From sequence record SRR20825010_4822: a stretch of DNA of 62,717 nucleotides, one strand, 5' to 3'. Position numbers and translations under genes: made by a program. Shown piece by piece: positions 31,232 through 41,101 of the stretch. The notes below the pieces were generated by a model that worked only from the letters and a program-made list of their open reading frames with translations, did not search any database and was not told where the DNA came from. Position 1 is the first letter of the stretch. Every line of letters begins with the position of its first letter.

Positions 31232-32251
31232 ATGTCGAATTCGATCGAAGAAATTAAGAAAGAAGTAGAAGCCTTTGTGGTAAGTTCTGATACTCAGCTT
31301 GAAGCTTTTAGGATGAGGTTCATAAGCCGTAAAAGCGTTATCGGTGAGCTTTTCGGTAACATGAAAACCGTGCCTGCTGAAGAAAGGAAAGCTTATGGTC
31401 AGGATGTAAATGCATTAAAGAACCTTGCTGAGGAACGTTTTCAATTCCATATTGATAATTTAAAATCGGGCACTAAAAAGTCGGAAGATCACCCAGACCT
31501 TACTTTGCCACCTATTGAAAGCCAGTTTGGGACAGTTCATCCTTTAACGGCTACACGCCAAAGGTTCATAGAAATCTTTGAGAGAATTGGGTTTAATGTT
31601 TCTTCGGGACCGGAAATTGAAGATGATTGGCATAATTTCACCGCGCTGAACTTTCCCGAAAATCACCCAGCGAGAGAAATGCAGGATACTTTCTTTTTAG
31701 AGAAGAACCCTGATATTGCCTTAAGAACACACACGTCTTCTGTTCAGATTAGGGTGATGGAAAATGAAAAGCCTCCAATCAGAACACTTTCTCCGGGAAG
31801 GGTTTTTAGAAACGAGGCGATTTCGGCCAGAGCACATTGTGTATTCCATCAAATGGAAGGCTTATATATTGATAAAGGCGTTTCGTTTGCCGACTTGAAG
31901 CAAACGCTTTATCATTTCGCGAAGGAGATGTATACTAAGGAAACTCAGGTGCGCTTCAGGCCGTCATACTTTCCTTTTACAGAGCCTAGTGCCGAAATTG
32001 ATATCTCTTGCCAGATATGCCATGGCGAGGGCTGTAACATTTGTAAATACAGTGGTTGGGTAGAAATCGGTGGTGCTGGAATGGTCGATCCAAACGTATT
32101 GGAAAGCTGTGGAATAGATCCTTCAATATATTCGGGTTTTGCCTTTGGCATGGGCATTGAACGTATTACCATGCTTCGATATGGTATAAAAGACTTACGA
32201 TTGTTTACGGAAAATGATATTCGCTTTTTAAGGCAATTCAATTCATTATGA
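31232..32251 (+). CDS. pheS: Phenylalanine--tRNA ligase alpha subunit
   Basis: HPAREMQDTF, LRTHTS, RPSYFPFTEPS, GFAFGMGIER; promoter TATTTTTG 31204-31211. Confidence 0.97.
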   Translation: MSNSIEEIKKEVEAFVVSSDTQLEAFRMRFISRKSVIGELFGNMKTVPAEERKAYGQDVNALKNLAEERFQFHIDNLKSGTKKSEDHPDLTLPPIESQFGTVHPLTATRQRFIEIFERIGFNVSSGPEIEDDWHNFTALNFPENHPAREMQDTFFLEKNPDIALRTHTSSVQIRVMENEKPPIRTLSPGRVFRNEAISARAHCVFHQMEGLYIDKGVSFADLKQTLYHFAKEMYTKETQVRFRPSYFPFTEPSAEIDISCQICHGEGCNICKYSGWVEIGGAGMVDPNVLESCGIDPSIYSGFAFGMGIERITMLRYGIKDLRLFTENDIRFLRQFNSL

Positions 32252-33111
32252 TGCAATTACAAGACATTAAGAAAGTTGGAGTAGTAGGGGCTGGAACCAT
32301 GGGGCAGGGAATTGCTCAAATTTCAGCCTTAGCGGGTCATAGCGTTGTGTTATATGACCTTCAAACTACAGCTTTGGATAAGGCCAAGCAGAATATTGAA
32401 AGGAACCTGGATAAGGGAATAGAGCGTGGCAAGGTGACCTATGAAGAAAAGGAACAAGCCCTTTCCAACATCACTTTTAGCACCAATTTTGAAGAACTTA
32501 AGGCAGACATCATTATCGAGGCAATAGTAGAAAGGCTTGATATAAAGAAAGAGTTGTTTGAGAAGTTAGAAAACCTGAATTCAGATGAAACCATTTTGGC
32601 TTCTAACACATCATCAATTCCAATAACAAGAATTGCTCGAGACTTGAAGCACCCAGAACGCTTTGTAGGAATGCATTTTTTTAACCCTGCCCATATCATG
32701 AAATTGGTGGAGGTGATTTCTGGGGTAGCCACCTCGGACGAAACTTCGAAACTTGTTTTTGAGTTGGCGAAAGCGTTGGGGAAAGTGCCAGTAATGGCAA
32801 AGGACGCGCCCGGATTTATTGTTAACAGAGTGGCACGTAATTTCTACGTTGAAGGATTGAAAGTACTAGAAGAAGGTGTTTCTGATGTCAAAGGAATCGA
32901 TCGACTGGTAGAAGCTTCTGGTTTTAAAATGGGGCCTTTTAGGTTGATGGATTTAATCGGTGTAGACACTAACTTCTCTGTCACCACATCAATGTTCAAC
33001 GCATTTCATCAAGACCCAAAATTCAGGCCTTCACGCATTCAAGAGCAAAAGGTAGATGCCGGTCATAATGGTCGTAAATCTGGAAAAGGTTTTTACGATT
33101 ACTCGTCTTAG
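32248..33111 (+). CDS. 3-hydroxybutyryl/3-hydroxyacyl-CoA dehydrogenase
   Basis: GAGTMGQGIA, EAIVE, SNTSS, GMHFFNP, PGFIVNR. Confidence 0.92.
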   Translation: MMQLQDIKKVGVVGAGTMGQGIAQISALAGHSVVLYDLQTTALDKAKQNIERNLDKGIERGKVTYEEKEQALSNITFSTNFEELKADIIIEAIVERLDIKKELFEKLENLNSDETILASNTSSIPITRIARDLKHPERFVGMHFFNPAHIMKLVEVISGVATSDETSKLVFELAKALGKVPVMAKDAPGFIVNRVARNFYVEGLKVLEEGVSDVKGIDRLVEASGFKMGPFRLMDLIGVDTNFSVTTSMFNAFHQDPKFRPSRIQEQKVDAGHNGRKSGKGFYDYSS

Positions 33112-34073
33112 AGTAATTCTTCAATCAATTTGTCGATGGTGATACCTTCGGCTTCTGCCTTAAAGTTTCTCACGATTCTATGACGTAGAATTGGTTTTGA
33201 AACGGCCTTTACATCTTCAATATCAGGTGAATATTTGTTATTCAGTAAGGCATTGCATTTGGCAGCAATAATCAAATTCTGTGAAGCTCTTGGACCTGCA
33301 CCCCATTCTACATACTCTTTTGTAATGTCTGGAGCTCTTTCTGATTCAACCCTAGTTTTGTGTACTAGGTTAACTGCGTATTCGATTACATTATCTGCAA
33401 CGGGCACTCTACGTACCAAGTGTTGGTAAGCCAGCACTTCTTCGGCACCTAGTATTTTATTCACTACTTTTTGTTCATCAGTAGTTGTGCCTTTTACTAT
33501 GTCAATTTCAGATGCGAATGATGGATATGTCAATTGAATGTTGAACAAGAATCGGTCTAGCTGAGCTTCTGGCAGAGGATAGGTTCCTTCCTGCTCAATT
33601 GGGTTTTGTGTAGCCAAAACAAAGAATGGTTTCTGTAACGGAATGGTCTGACCCGCAACAGTAACCGCGTATTCTTGCATGGCCTCTAACAAAGCAGCCT
33701 GCGTTTTAGGGGGAGTTCTGTTAATCTCATCTGCCAAGATGATATTGGCAAAGATTGGGCCTTGAATAAATTTGAAGTTTCTGTCCTTATCCAAAGTTTC
33801 AGCACCCAGAATATCCGAAGGCATTAAATCTGGTGTAAATTGAATCCTATTGAATTTCAGGTCTAAGGCGGAAGAAATTGTGCTGATCAACAAAGTTTTA
33901 GCCAAGCCAGGAACTCCAACCAAGAGGCTGTGACCCTGACAAAAAATTGAAGTCAAAAGTAGATTAACTACTTCATCTTGACCAATTATTATTTTTGAGA
34001 TCTCCTTTTTAAGAATATTGAAATCCTCAAAAAACTTATTTGCAAGGGCTACTTCCGACTTTATTTCTTCCAT
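33108..34073 (-). CDS. MoxR-family AAA+ ATPase
   Basis: GVPGLAKT, RIQFTPDLMPSD, ADEINR, ATQNPIEQEGTYPLPEAQLDRF. Confidence 0.95.
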   Translation of the reverse strand: MEEIKSEVALANKFFEDFNILKKEISKIIIGQDEVVNLLLTSIFCQGHSLLVGVPGLAKTLLISTISSALDLKFNRIQFTPDLMPSDILGAETLDKDRNFKFIQGPIFANIILADEINRTPPKTQAALLEAMQEYAVTVAGQTIPLQKPFFVLATQNPIEQEGTYPLPEAQLDRFLFNIQLTYPSFASEIDIVKGTTTDEQKVVNKILGAEEVLAYQHLVRRVPVADNVIEYAVNLVHKTRVESERAPDITKEYVEWGAGPRASQNLIIAAKCNALLNNKYSPDIEDVKAVSKPILRHRIVRNFKAEAEGITIDKLIEELL

Positions 34074-34078
34074 TCTTA

Positions 34079-35422
34079 TTAATTATTCGTTATTCCGCAA
34101 CGATTGAACTCTGGGTCAACCATCACGTAAACTTCTTTCATTTTTTCTTTAATATACTCACTTCTTTTTTGAGCTTTTTTCATTCCTAAAGTAGCTGCTT
34201 TTAATTTTTCATAATCATCCGTCATATTGGCCTTATGAGGCCCTACCTTGGATTTTTTATATATGATTTGAACTGCCTTTGTACCATCGGGCATGTCAAT
34301 GATTTCAGGCTTGGAGATATCTCCTTCGGCCATTTCATCAATGATAAAAAACATGGTCGGGTCTAACGCGTCTGATGGGATTTTGTTTGTTCCAAACTGA
34401 CCGCTCAAAAAGCCACCATTTACCTTTGTACCTTCATCATCGGAATATTGTTTCGCTGTAGCAGCAAAAGTTATACTATCGGATAAAATAAGGGTTCTAA
34501 GGCTATCCAATAGATCAGAAGTTTTCTGAATGTCTTGCTGTGTTGGCTTAGGGGTCATTAAGATGTGTCGTGAATTGAATTCGTTTCCTCGTTTTTCTAT
34601 CAACTGAATAAGGTGTATTCCGAATGATGAAACTACTGGCATTGAGATTTCTCCTGGCTTTAATGCTAAAGCACCAGCCTCGTAAGCCGGATCAAACTGC
34701 CCTCTTTTTGCCATACCCAAATTGCCTCCGTTTGGGCCAGTTGGTCCTTGAGAATTTTCAATAGCCAAAACCTCAAAATTCTCTCCGTTCATGGCCCTTT
34801 CTCGGATTTTCATCAGCTGATCTTTTACCTTCTGTACTTCGGCTTCATTTGCTACAGGTTTTTTAATGATTATGCCAATTTCAAACTCGGTATTGAAAAG
34901 GGGTAGGCTGTCTGTAGGGATATTGTTGAAAAACTTGCGAATTTCGGCAGGGGTTACGGTTACCGAACTCAAGATATTTTCTTCTTGGGCTCCTATTTTT
35001 AACTGCTCTTCAATATTAGGCCTTAACTCTTCCATCAGTTGATCGATGGATTTTCCATAGGCTTCTTGAATAGCACGTTCTGAACCCACTTGTGCAATAA
35101 TGTTTTGCATTCTCATTTGGAGTTCATAATCCACTCTTCCGGCATCGATATCCACAGAATCTAATTCGGACATGGCCAGCATAAGCTTGGTTTCGATGAT
35201 TTGCTCTAAAATATAACAGCGGGCATCGCCTGTAAAGTTTGCTGCTTCACCACTGGATAAAAAACCAGCATAAGCCTGTTCAATTTCACTTTTAAGAATA
35301 ATGTGATTGTCTACCTTGGCCACAATCTTATCTACCACTTCTTGCCCAAAAGTTAGGTTGAGTGAAAGTACTGTAAACAGTATTGCGGTCAATCCCTTAT
35401 TTATATATCTCGTAGTCCTCAT
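34079..35422 (-). CDS. surA: SurA-like parvulin peptidyl-prolyl isomerase / chaperone
   Basis: Signal peptide, VDKIVAKV--HIILKSE SurA N-domain, two parvulin domains; start uncertain (35422 or 35440). Confidence 0.85.
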   Translation of the reverse strand: MRTTRYINKGLTAILFTVLSLNLTFGQEVVDKIVAKVDNHIILKSEIEQAYAGFLSSGEAANFTGDARCYILEQIIETKLMLAMSELDSVDIDAGRVDYELQMRMQNIIAQVGSERAIQEAYGKSIDQLMEELRPNIEEQLKIGAQEENILSSVTVTPAEIRKFFNNIPTDSLPLFNTEFEIGIIIKKPVANEAEVQKVKDQLMKIRERAMNGENFEVLAIENSQGPTGPNGGNLGMAKRGQFDPAYEAGALALKPGEISMPVVSSFGIHLIQLIEKRGNEFNSRHILMTPKPTQQDIQKTSDLLDSLRTLILSDSITFAATAKQYSDDEGTKVNGGFLSGQFGTNKIPSDALDPTMFFIIDEMAEGDISKPEIIDMPDGTKAVQIIYKKSKVGPHKANMTDDYEKLKAATLGMKKAQKRSEYIKEKMKEVYVMVDPEFNRCGITNN

Positions 35423-36272
35423 TTCTTTTTGCTCTTTCATAAACTTTATTCTCCAGACTCTTGGCAATCTCTACCTTACGCTTGTTAATTATAATGTTTT
35501 TAATGTCTTCCTTAACATACTCCAATGGAGAAACCTGCTCGGACAGCTTAAACTCATGAATTCTGAAAAGGTAAAGATATAGAGAATCTGATTCTTCAAC
35601 ATATCGGTTTCTTCTTAGAAACTGAATCTTATTTTCAATGGTGGAAAAAGGTGAGTTTTTGATCAGATCATCAAAATTAATCCACGTAGAATCTTGCAAA
35701 GAGAAGTCGCTTGCAAATTGGAACCCATAGGATTTGAGTGACTCTAAGTCATCAGGTCGATCAGACTTCATCCACCTTCTTACATCTGCTTTTTTCTGTG
35801 CAGCTTGCAAAATTTTCAAATACCGCCCTCTTAAAATATTCTGTCTAAGCTGAAAATTCTCAATATTGTCACCGTAGTACTGCTTTATTTCTTCTTCGCT
35901 TACTTCTCGACTGAGCTGTTGCTCCACCATTAATTTCTGGTATTCATAAGAAATAAGGGTATAACGATAGGCTTCTACTTTTCTTTGAATTTCTGTCTGA
36001 TCAATCTTGCTGTTGCTACTTGCTTCTCTAACAAACAGTTCTTTCTTAATCCAAGTATCAATAAAACGTTCTGTGATTCTAGCACTGTCTTCTGAAGACA
36101 TACTTGCATCTGTTAAATCACTGATATCACTTTTGTATAAAAAGGTATTACCCACCCTGGCTACAAGGTTTGCAGTATTGTCTACTGTGCTCTCTGATTC
36201 TATACCAAGGAACTCGCAAGAGCTGGCCACAAGTAAAATGATGAGTAATATATAGTATTTACCTTTTTTCAT
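35397..36272 (-). CDS. PPIase-related lipoprotein (SurA N-terminal-like)
   Basis: Lipobox ASSC, VARVG--FLY, EIKQYY; sits between two PPIases. Confidence 0.7.
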   Translation of the reverse strand: MKKGKYYILLIILLVASSCEFLGIESESTVDNTANLVARVGNTFLYKSDISDLTDASMSSEDSARITERFIDTWIKKELFVREASSNSKIDQTEIQRKVEAYRYTLISYEYQKLMVEQQLSREVSEEEIKQYYGDNIENFQLRQNILRGRYLKILQAAQKKADVRRWMKSDRPDDLESLKSYGFQFASDFSLQDSTWINFDDLIKNSPFSTIENKIQFLRRNRYVEESDSLYLYLFRIHEFKLSEQVSPLEYVKEDIKNIIINKRKVEIAKSLENKVYERAKRNEDYEIYK

Positions 36273-38175
36273 CAGAAGCGATTTGCCTCAATATTTTAGT
36301 GTAAACATCAATTTTATTGGCCTTTCTTAAAGATTTGACCCAATCACTTTCCAGCCAATCCTGATAGTCTGCCATAACAAGGCCTTTTATCTCCTCTAAA
36401 CGGTATAGCCCCTCAGGAATTATTTCTTCAATGGCGTAAACTCGCTTTTCAATGGGCTGACTAAAAAGAGACTGTTCTTTCCAGTTTTTTGCGAAATTAG
36501 GCAAATCCTCTCGTTGATATGTCCTTTTAGCAATTTTTAACGCACTAAATACTTGAGGATCAAGCTGAGCCTTTAACGAATTTTCAAAGGACATATTCTT
36601 GTTCCATTTAAAGGTGCCAAGCAGTTTGTCGAGGTTTTCAGAATTGGCAGATTCAATTATCCATACGGAGGCTCTTTCTGGGGCTGCATAGTTAGTTTTG
36701 TTTGTGTTGAAAAAGGTGTTGAGGCCAATACTGTCTTCCGCGGCTTTATTCCAGACCTCTTTTTCCATAATTTCGAAAAGCATTAAACCCTCCTTATACT
36801 CATTAAGTAAAAAGCCGTATTCTGGATATTTCTGTGTCGCAAGGCTGTCTTCATGCAGGATGATTTGTTCTCTTTCAAAAAGCTTATATCGATTCCATAC
36901 TGAGGTCAAAGTAATCTGATTTGCATTCCCTAATGAATTAAAGAAGTCAGAATAGGGGACTTTTTTCTCACCAATTTTAAAAATGGTTTGGATAGATAAA
37001 TTGACTAAATCTATATTTGGTAGGCCTACAGCGGCAATTTGGGCAATGGTATTTTGAAGTCTAGGCAAATCTTGCTCAAACCCATTTTCGTGTTTAAGAT
37101 TCTTGACTAATACCTCTGGCGATAATTGATTTCTTCCTGATCGTCTGATATTCTCAGAAATCTTTGGTCTCAATTCTTCCAAAGAAGGCATTTGCTCTAC
37201 AGCATCAAGACGGATGATGTGCCAGCCGTAAGAGGCTTCTAAGGGAGGAGCAATATCACCTGGGGTTTCTATGTTATAGGCTACCTTCAGAAACTCATCT
37301 GGAAGCTCACCAGTGCCCACAAAAGGAAGAGACCCTCCATTAAGTCGGGTTTGGCTATCGTCTGTATATTGTTTGCACAGCTCTTTCCAGTCACCTCCGT
37401 TTTGAATGGAGTCGTAAATCGTTTTGATCAACTGGTTTCCGCTTTCGCTCGAACGGCCATTTTTTGTCAGAAAAATGTGAGAAGTTTTTACCCTGCCTTT
37501 GGCCAATCTTTTATCATTTGTTTTGATAATATGGTAGCCAAATTGTGAACGGATGATTTTTGAAATTCCACCAACTTGGGTTTCGTAAGCTCCATTTTCA
37601 AAGGGGTAAACCATGGTCATGGCTGTAAACCAGCCTAAGGTTCCACCATCTTTGGCTGACCCGTCTTGTGAGTTATTTCTAGCTAAAAGGGCAAAATCAA
37701 CACCATTTACGGCCAAGCTTCTTAGACTATCAGTTTTTTGATAGGCCGTGAGCGTATCCATTGGGTTGGGTTCATTGGCTATGCGGATCAGAATATGTGA
37801 AGCATTTACTTCATATTTCAGTCGATTGTAAACCTCTAGAATGAGACTTTCTTCTGATACCGGGTTCTGCAAATAAGGTTTCTGAATTTGGGAAATGTAC
37901 CCATTGTACTCCTCTTGAAAAGCTTCTGAAGTATCAATTCCAGCTTTTTTGGCTGCCAATACTTTGAGTTTAAAATCAATGTACTGGGTCAGATACGTTT
38001 CAAGTGAATCGTAAACGATAGGTGTATTTTCCTTCTGATTTTTCTGAAAGGCATAAAGGAATTCAGCTTTGGAAATAGGAACACCATTAATTTGAGCCAC
38101 ATTGGTATTGCCTTGAAAAGCCAATACTGGGGTAAAGCAATAGGAAAAGAAAATCAATAAAAGAAGGAAACGCAT
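36259..38175 (-). CDS. Parvulin-type peptidyl-prolyl isomerase (two rotamase domains)
   Basis: ASHILI, GGTLGWF, SQFGYHIIK, second domain SYGWHIIR. Confidence 0.88.
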   Translation of the reverse strand: MRFLLLLIFFSYCFTPVLAFQGNTNVAQINGVPISKAEFLYAFQKNQKENTPIVYDSLETYLTQYIDFKLKVLAAKKAGIDTSEAFQEEYNGYISQIQKPYLQNPVSEESLILEVYNRLKYEVNASHILIRIANEPNPMDTLTAYQKTDSLRSLAVNGVDFALLARNNSQDGSAKDGGTLGWFTAMTMVYPFENGAYETQVGGISKIIRSQFGYHIIKTNDKRLAKGRVKTSHIFLTKNGRSSESGNQLIKTIYDSIQNGGDWKELCKQYTDDSQTRLNGGSLPFVGTGELPDEFLKVAYNIETPGDIAPPLEASYGWHIIRLDAVEQMPSLEELRPKISENIRRSGRNQLSPEVLVKNLKHENGFEQDLPRLQNTIAQIAAVGLPNIDLVNLSIQTIFKIGEKKVPYSDFFNSLGNANQITLTSVWNRYKLFEREQIILHEDSLATQKYPEYGFLLNEYKEGLMLFEIMEKEVWNKAAEDSIGLNTFFNTNKTNYAAPERASVWIIESANSENLDKLLGTFKWNKNMSFENSLKAQLDPQVFSALKIAKRTYQREDLPNFAKNWKEQSLFSQPIEKRVYAIEEIIPEGLYRLEEIKGLVMADYQDWLESDWVKSLRKANKIDVYTKILRQIASDEKR

Positions 38176-38182
38176 GATAGGG

Positions 38183-38602
38183 CTACTTTTCGAAAGTCAC
38201 TTTTTTGAACAAACGAAGGGTGTTTTGATTCGGGCTTGAATCAAACTCTATTTTGTCCATGATTTTCTTCACCAACATAATACCCACGCCCCCTTTTTGT
38301 TTGGTTCGAATTAAATCCCCTAAAATAGGCTCGTTGTACTTTATAATGTCGAAAGCAGCCCCTTTGTCAATAATATCGAACCAAACGCCTTCTTTATTAA
38401 AGCTGATGGAAATTTTTACATAATCTTCAAGGTCAGAACATTGACCATGAATAATAATGTTTGCACATACCTCATCCACTGCCAAGACCATCATATTGGT
38501 TTCTATATCAGGCACAGAATGTTCGTGTAACACATTGGTTACGAACTTTCGCATCAACCTGAGTTTGTTTTTGCTGTAGGGTATGTTAAAACTATAAGCC
38601 AT
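38183..38602 (-). CDS. RsbW-like anti-sigma factor / serine kinase (HATPase_c_2)
   Basis: AVDEVCANIIIHG N-box, DKGAAFD G1, GGVGI G2. Confidence 0.85.
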   Translation of the reverse strand: MAYSFNIPYSKNKLRLMRKFVTNVLHEHSVPDIETNMMVLAVDEVCANIIIHGQCSDLEDYVKISISFNKEGVWFDIIDKGAAFDIIKYNEPILGDLIRTKQKGGVGIMLVKKIMDKIEFDSSPNQNTLRLFKKVTFEK

Positions 38603-38936
38603 TTATCTCTGCTAAAGCCTCTTCTTTTGTGTTTTTAAGTATAAGCAACTGGTCTAGGCCGAGAATGCCAAAAACTTTGAGCACCTTTTCGGATAGGCCG
38701 TAAATAATAAATGTGGTATTGGTTTGATTAATCTCTTCTATGTAAGACATGAATACGCCCAGTCCAGCAGAAGAAATGTAGTTAAGGTTAGTGCAATCTA
38801 TTATGATTTTACTGTGACTTTCGTCAAAAGCCAATCGAAGCCCTTTGTCCAACTTGATGGAAGAACTGGCGTCTGCATCTCCTGTTACGGCAATGGAGAT
38901 ATAATTGTTTTCATTGGTCTGTACAATCTCTAACAT
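38592..38936 (-). CDS. RsbV-like STAS anti-anti-sigma factor
   Basis: IIDC--LNYISSAGLG with phospho-acceptor Ser. Confidence 0.9.
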   Translation of the reverse strand: MLEIVQTNENNYISIAVTGDADASSSIKLDKGLRLAFDESHSKIIIDCTNLNYISSAGLGVFMSYIEEINQTNTTFIIYGLSEKVLKVFGILGLDQLLILKNTKEEALAEINGL

Positions 38937-38953
38937 AAGCTTTTATACGTTCT

Positions 38954-41026
38954 TTATTTGAACTTGATCACCACCATGGTGTAGTCATCATTTAAATTTT
39001 TATCCTCACAAAACTCAAAGAGCTTCTTAATAAATGTCTTTTGAATTGAAACGGCATCGAATTTTGCGTTGTCGGTCAATATCTTTTTCATTCTCTCGTA
39101 ACCAAATTCCTCGCCAGTATGGTTAGAGGCTTCCGAAATGCCATCGGTATACAATACTATGACATCATCTTTCTGGAAGGTCATCTTATTGACGAATACA
39201 TAGTTTTTAAAACTGTCGTTACGAAGAATCCCCAAACCGAGCCCTTTGTTTTCTAGGAACTCAGCACTGGAATTTTGGCTTGAATAATAAAGCGTAGGGC
39301 AATGACCCGCTCTTGAATACGCTACCGATTTAGCCTCCGTATCGATTACAAAGTAAGAGAGGGTAATGAACGAAGTTTTTTCTAAACAGCCGCTCAAAGC
39401 TTTGTTGGCTTTGACTAAAAACTGATCTGGAGCTAAATCTAGCTGTACCAGACTTTGGAATATACCCTTCATTTGCGACATGTGGAAGGCTGCTGAGGTT
39501 CCTTTTCCTGAAACGTCACCAATGACGACAACAAACTTATGCTCGCTTAGTTTGAAGGTGTCATAATAGTCACCTCCCACTTCATCGGGTGCCTGGGTAA
39601 AGGCATGAATCTGAAAAGAATCATCGTGATCGAGGTTTACAGGTAAAAGTGCCCGCTGTACCTTTTTCGCAATGTTGAGCTCCTTTTTATAACGTTCGTT
39701 TTCTAAAGCCTCGCCCAAAAGGCGGAAGTTTTCAATGGAGATACTGGCTTGGCTGGCAAAAGTATTAATGATATTAATCATCTCCTTGTTAAAGCCATCA
39801 CTCAACTCATTGAGTAAATACATGTGCCCTGCTATTTTTTCTTGAATGATAAGAGGAACAACAAGTACCGACCTGAAATTCGATTTCTTAAAAACGATTA
39901 GCGTTTGGTCTTGCTCTGTGGCTTTTGAGAGCGGATTTTTGAGTACGTACTTTTGTTTGCTAACCTTTATTTGCTCTACCACTTCAAGGCGGTTTGTAGG
40001 GCTGAGGTTTTTTCTTCTGATTTCAGACTCTTCTGCCCCTTGTTTGTTACGCTCAATTTCTAACCAACCAGCATCTGCATATACTGCACTCATTGAACTG
40101 GTTAGCAGAATATCAAAAATCTGGTTTTCGTTTTCCCCTTGCTGAATAGATTGACTGAGGCGCTGGAAGTTAATCGCTTCTTCCATCTTCTTCTCAAAAA
40201 CAGAAGAAGTTGGCAAGTTGAAAAGAATTACCAAAAGTGAAAAAATGCTGTAGAAAAGCAGGAATACAAAGAGAGAAATAATAAAGAGGTTGTCTATGGA
40301 TTTTAAAACATCCATAGTTTCATCCCCGGGAACATAAATGGAGGTAAAGAAATAACCTAAGTAAATAGCAATCAGCAGAATGAGCAAAATGCTTTTCCAC
40401 TTTTGCTTAAAATTGAGGTAAGCCACCCATTTTAAATTGGCCGATAGTATTAGGGCCATTAGGGTAATTACTCCGAAAAGGATTTTAAATAAAACGCTGG
40501 TCTGTAGTTCATCACCAGTAAGGTTGTAAAAAATGGAAACCAATACTACGGTTTCAAACACATTCCACCAGATGACTAACCTTTTAGACTTTTGATAGAG
40601 AATAAGCTTTTTCCAAACCGTAAAAGTAGAAATGAGGAAAACAGAAATTAATCCGAAGCGAATACTATACAGTACCTCCTCTAAAAATGGGTTATTGGCC
40701 AGTGCCGAATCAGCAATGGAGTAGTTGAACAGGCCGAGGGCGAGCGAAACTAATGTGGCAATAAGGCCAATGGCGAATACCCGCCAGAGGTAATCGATGA
40801 AATCTGTACTTTCTACTTTTGTAATTCTAAGGCGATAAAACAATACCACAAAGACAAAAAAGAAGTCGATTATAAGTACTGGAACGATGGGGGAAATGCC
40901 TAAATCAACATCGCTTCTGACCGCTAAAACTTGCAAAACATCTAATAGCGTCATGATTAGCCAGAGTAGCGTGGATATCGCTAGGCTAATACGCATGTAG
41001 AATTTTTTTGTAAGCTTGGTTTTCAT
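38954..41026 (-). CDS. Membrane-bound GAF + PP2C (SpoIIE/RsbU-like) phosphatase
   Basis: About 8 N-terminal TMs, GAF-like segment, VGGDYYD, GDVSGKG, LYTDG, DDYT. Confidence 0.88.
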   Translation of the reverse strand: MKTKLTKKFYMRISLAISTLLWLIMTLLDVLQVLAVRSDVDLGISPIVPVLIIDFFFVFVVLFYRLRITKVESTDFIDYLWRVFAIGLIATLVSLALGLFNYSIADSALANNPFLEEVLYSIRFGLISVFLISTFTVWKKLILYQKSKRLVIWWNVFETVVLVSIFYNLTGDELQTSVLFKILFGVITLMALILSANLKWVAYLNFKQKWKSILLILLIAIYLGYFFTSIYVPGDETMDVLKSIDNLFIISLFVFLLFYSIFSLLVILFNLPTSSVFEKKMEEAINFQRLSQSIQQGENENQIFDILLTSSMSAVYADAGWLEIERNKQGAEESEIRRKNLSPTNRLEVVEQIKVSKQKYVLKNPLSKATEQDQTLIVFKKSNFRSVLVVPLIIQEKIAGHMYLLNELSDGFNKEMINIINTFASQASISIENFRLLGEALENERYKKELNIAKKVQRALLPVNLDHDDSFQIHAFTQAPDEVGGDYYDTFKLSEHKFVVVIGDVSGKGTSAAFHMSQMKGIFQSLVQLDLAPDQFLVKANKALSGCLEKTSFITLSYFVIDTEAKSVAYSRAGHCPTLYYSSQNSSAEFLENKGLGLGILRNDSFKNYVFVNKMTFQKDDVIVLYTDGISEASNHTGEEFGYERMKKILTDNAKFDAVSIQKTFIKKLFEFCEDKNLNDDYTMVVIKFK

Positions 41027-41101
41027 CAGTTTTTAGACGCGCCCGAATTTACGAATTTAACGCTATGGCCAAATCTTAAAACTAAAGTTTAAGTAAACGG
41101 C

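Noticed and set aside
31232-32251. pheS without adjacent pheT
   Set aside because: Separation of pheS and pheT is usual in Bacteroidota.
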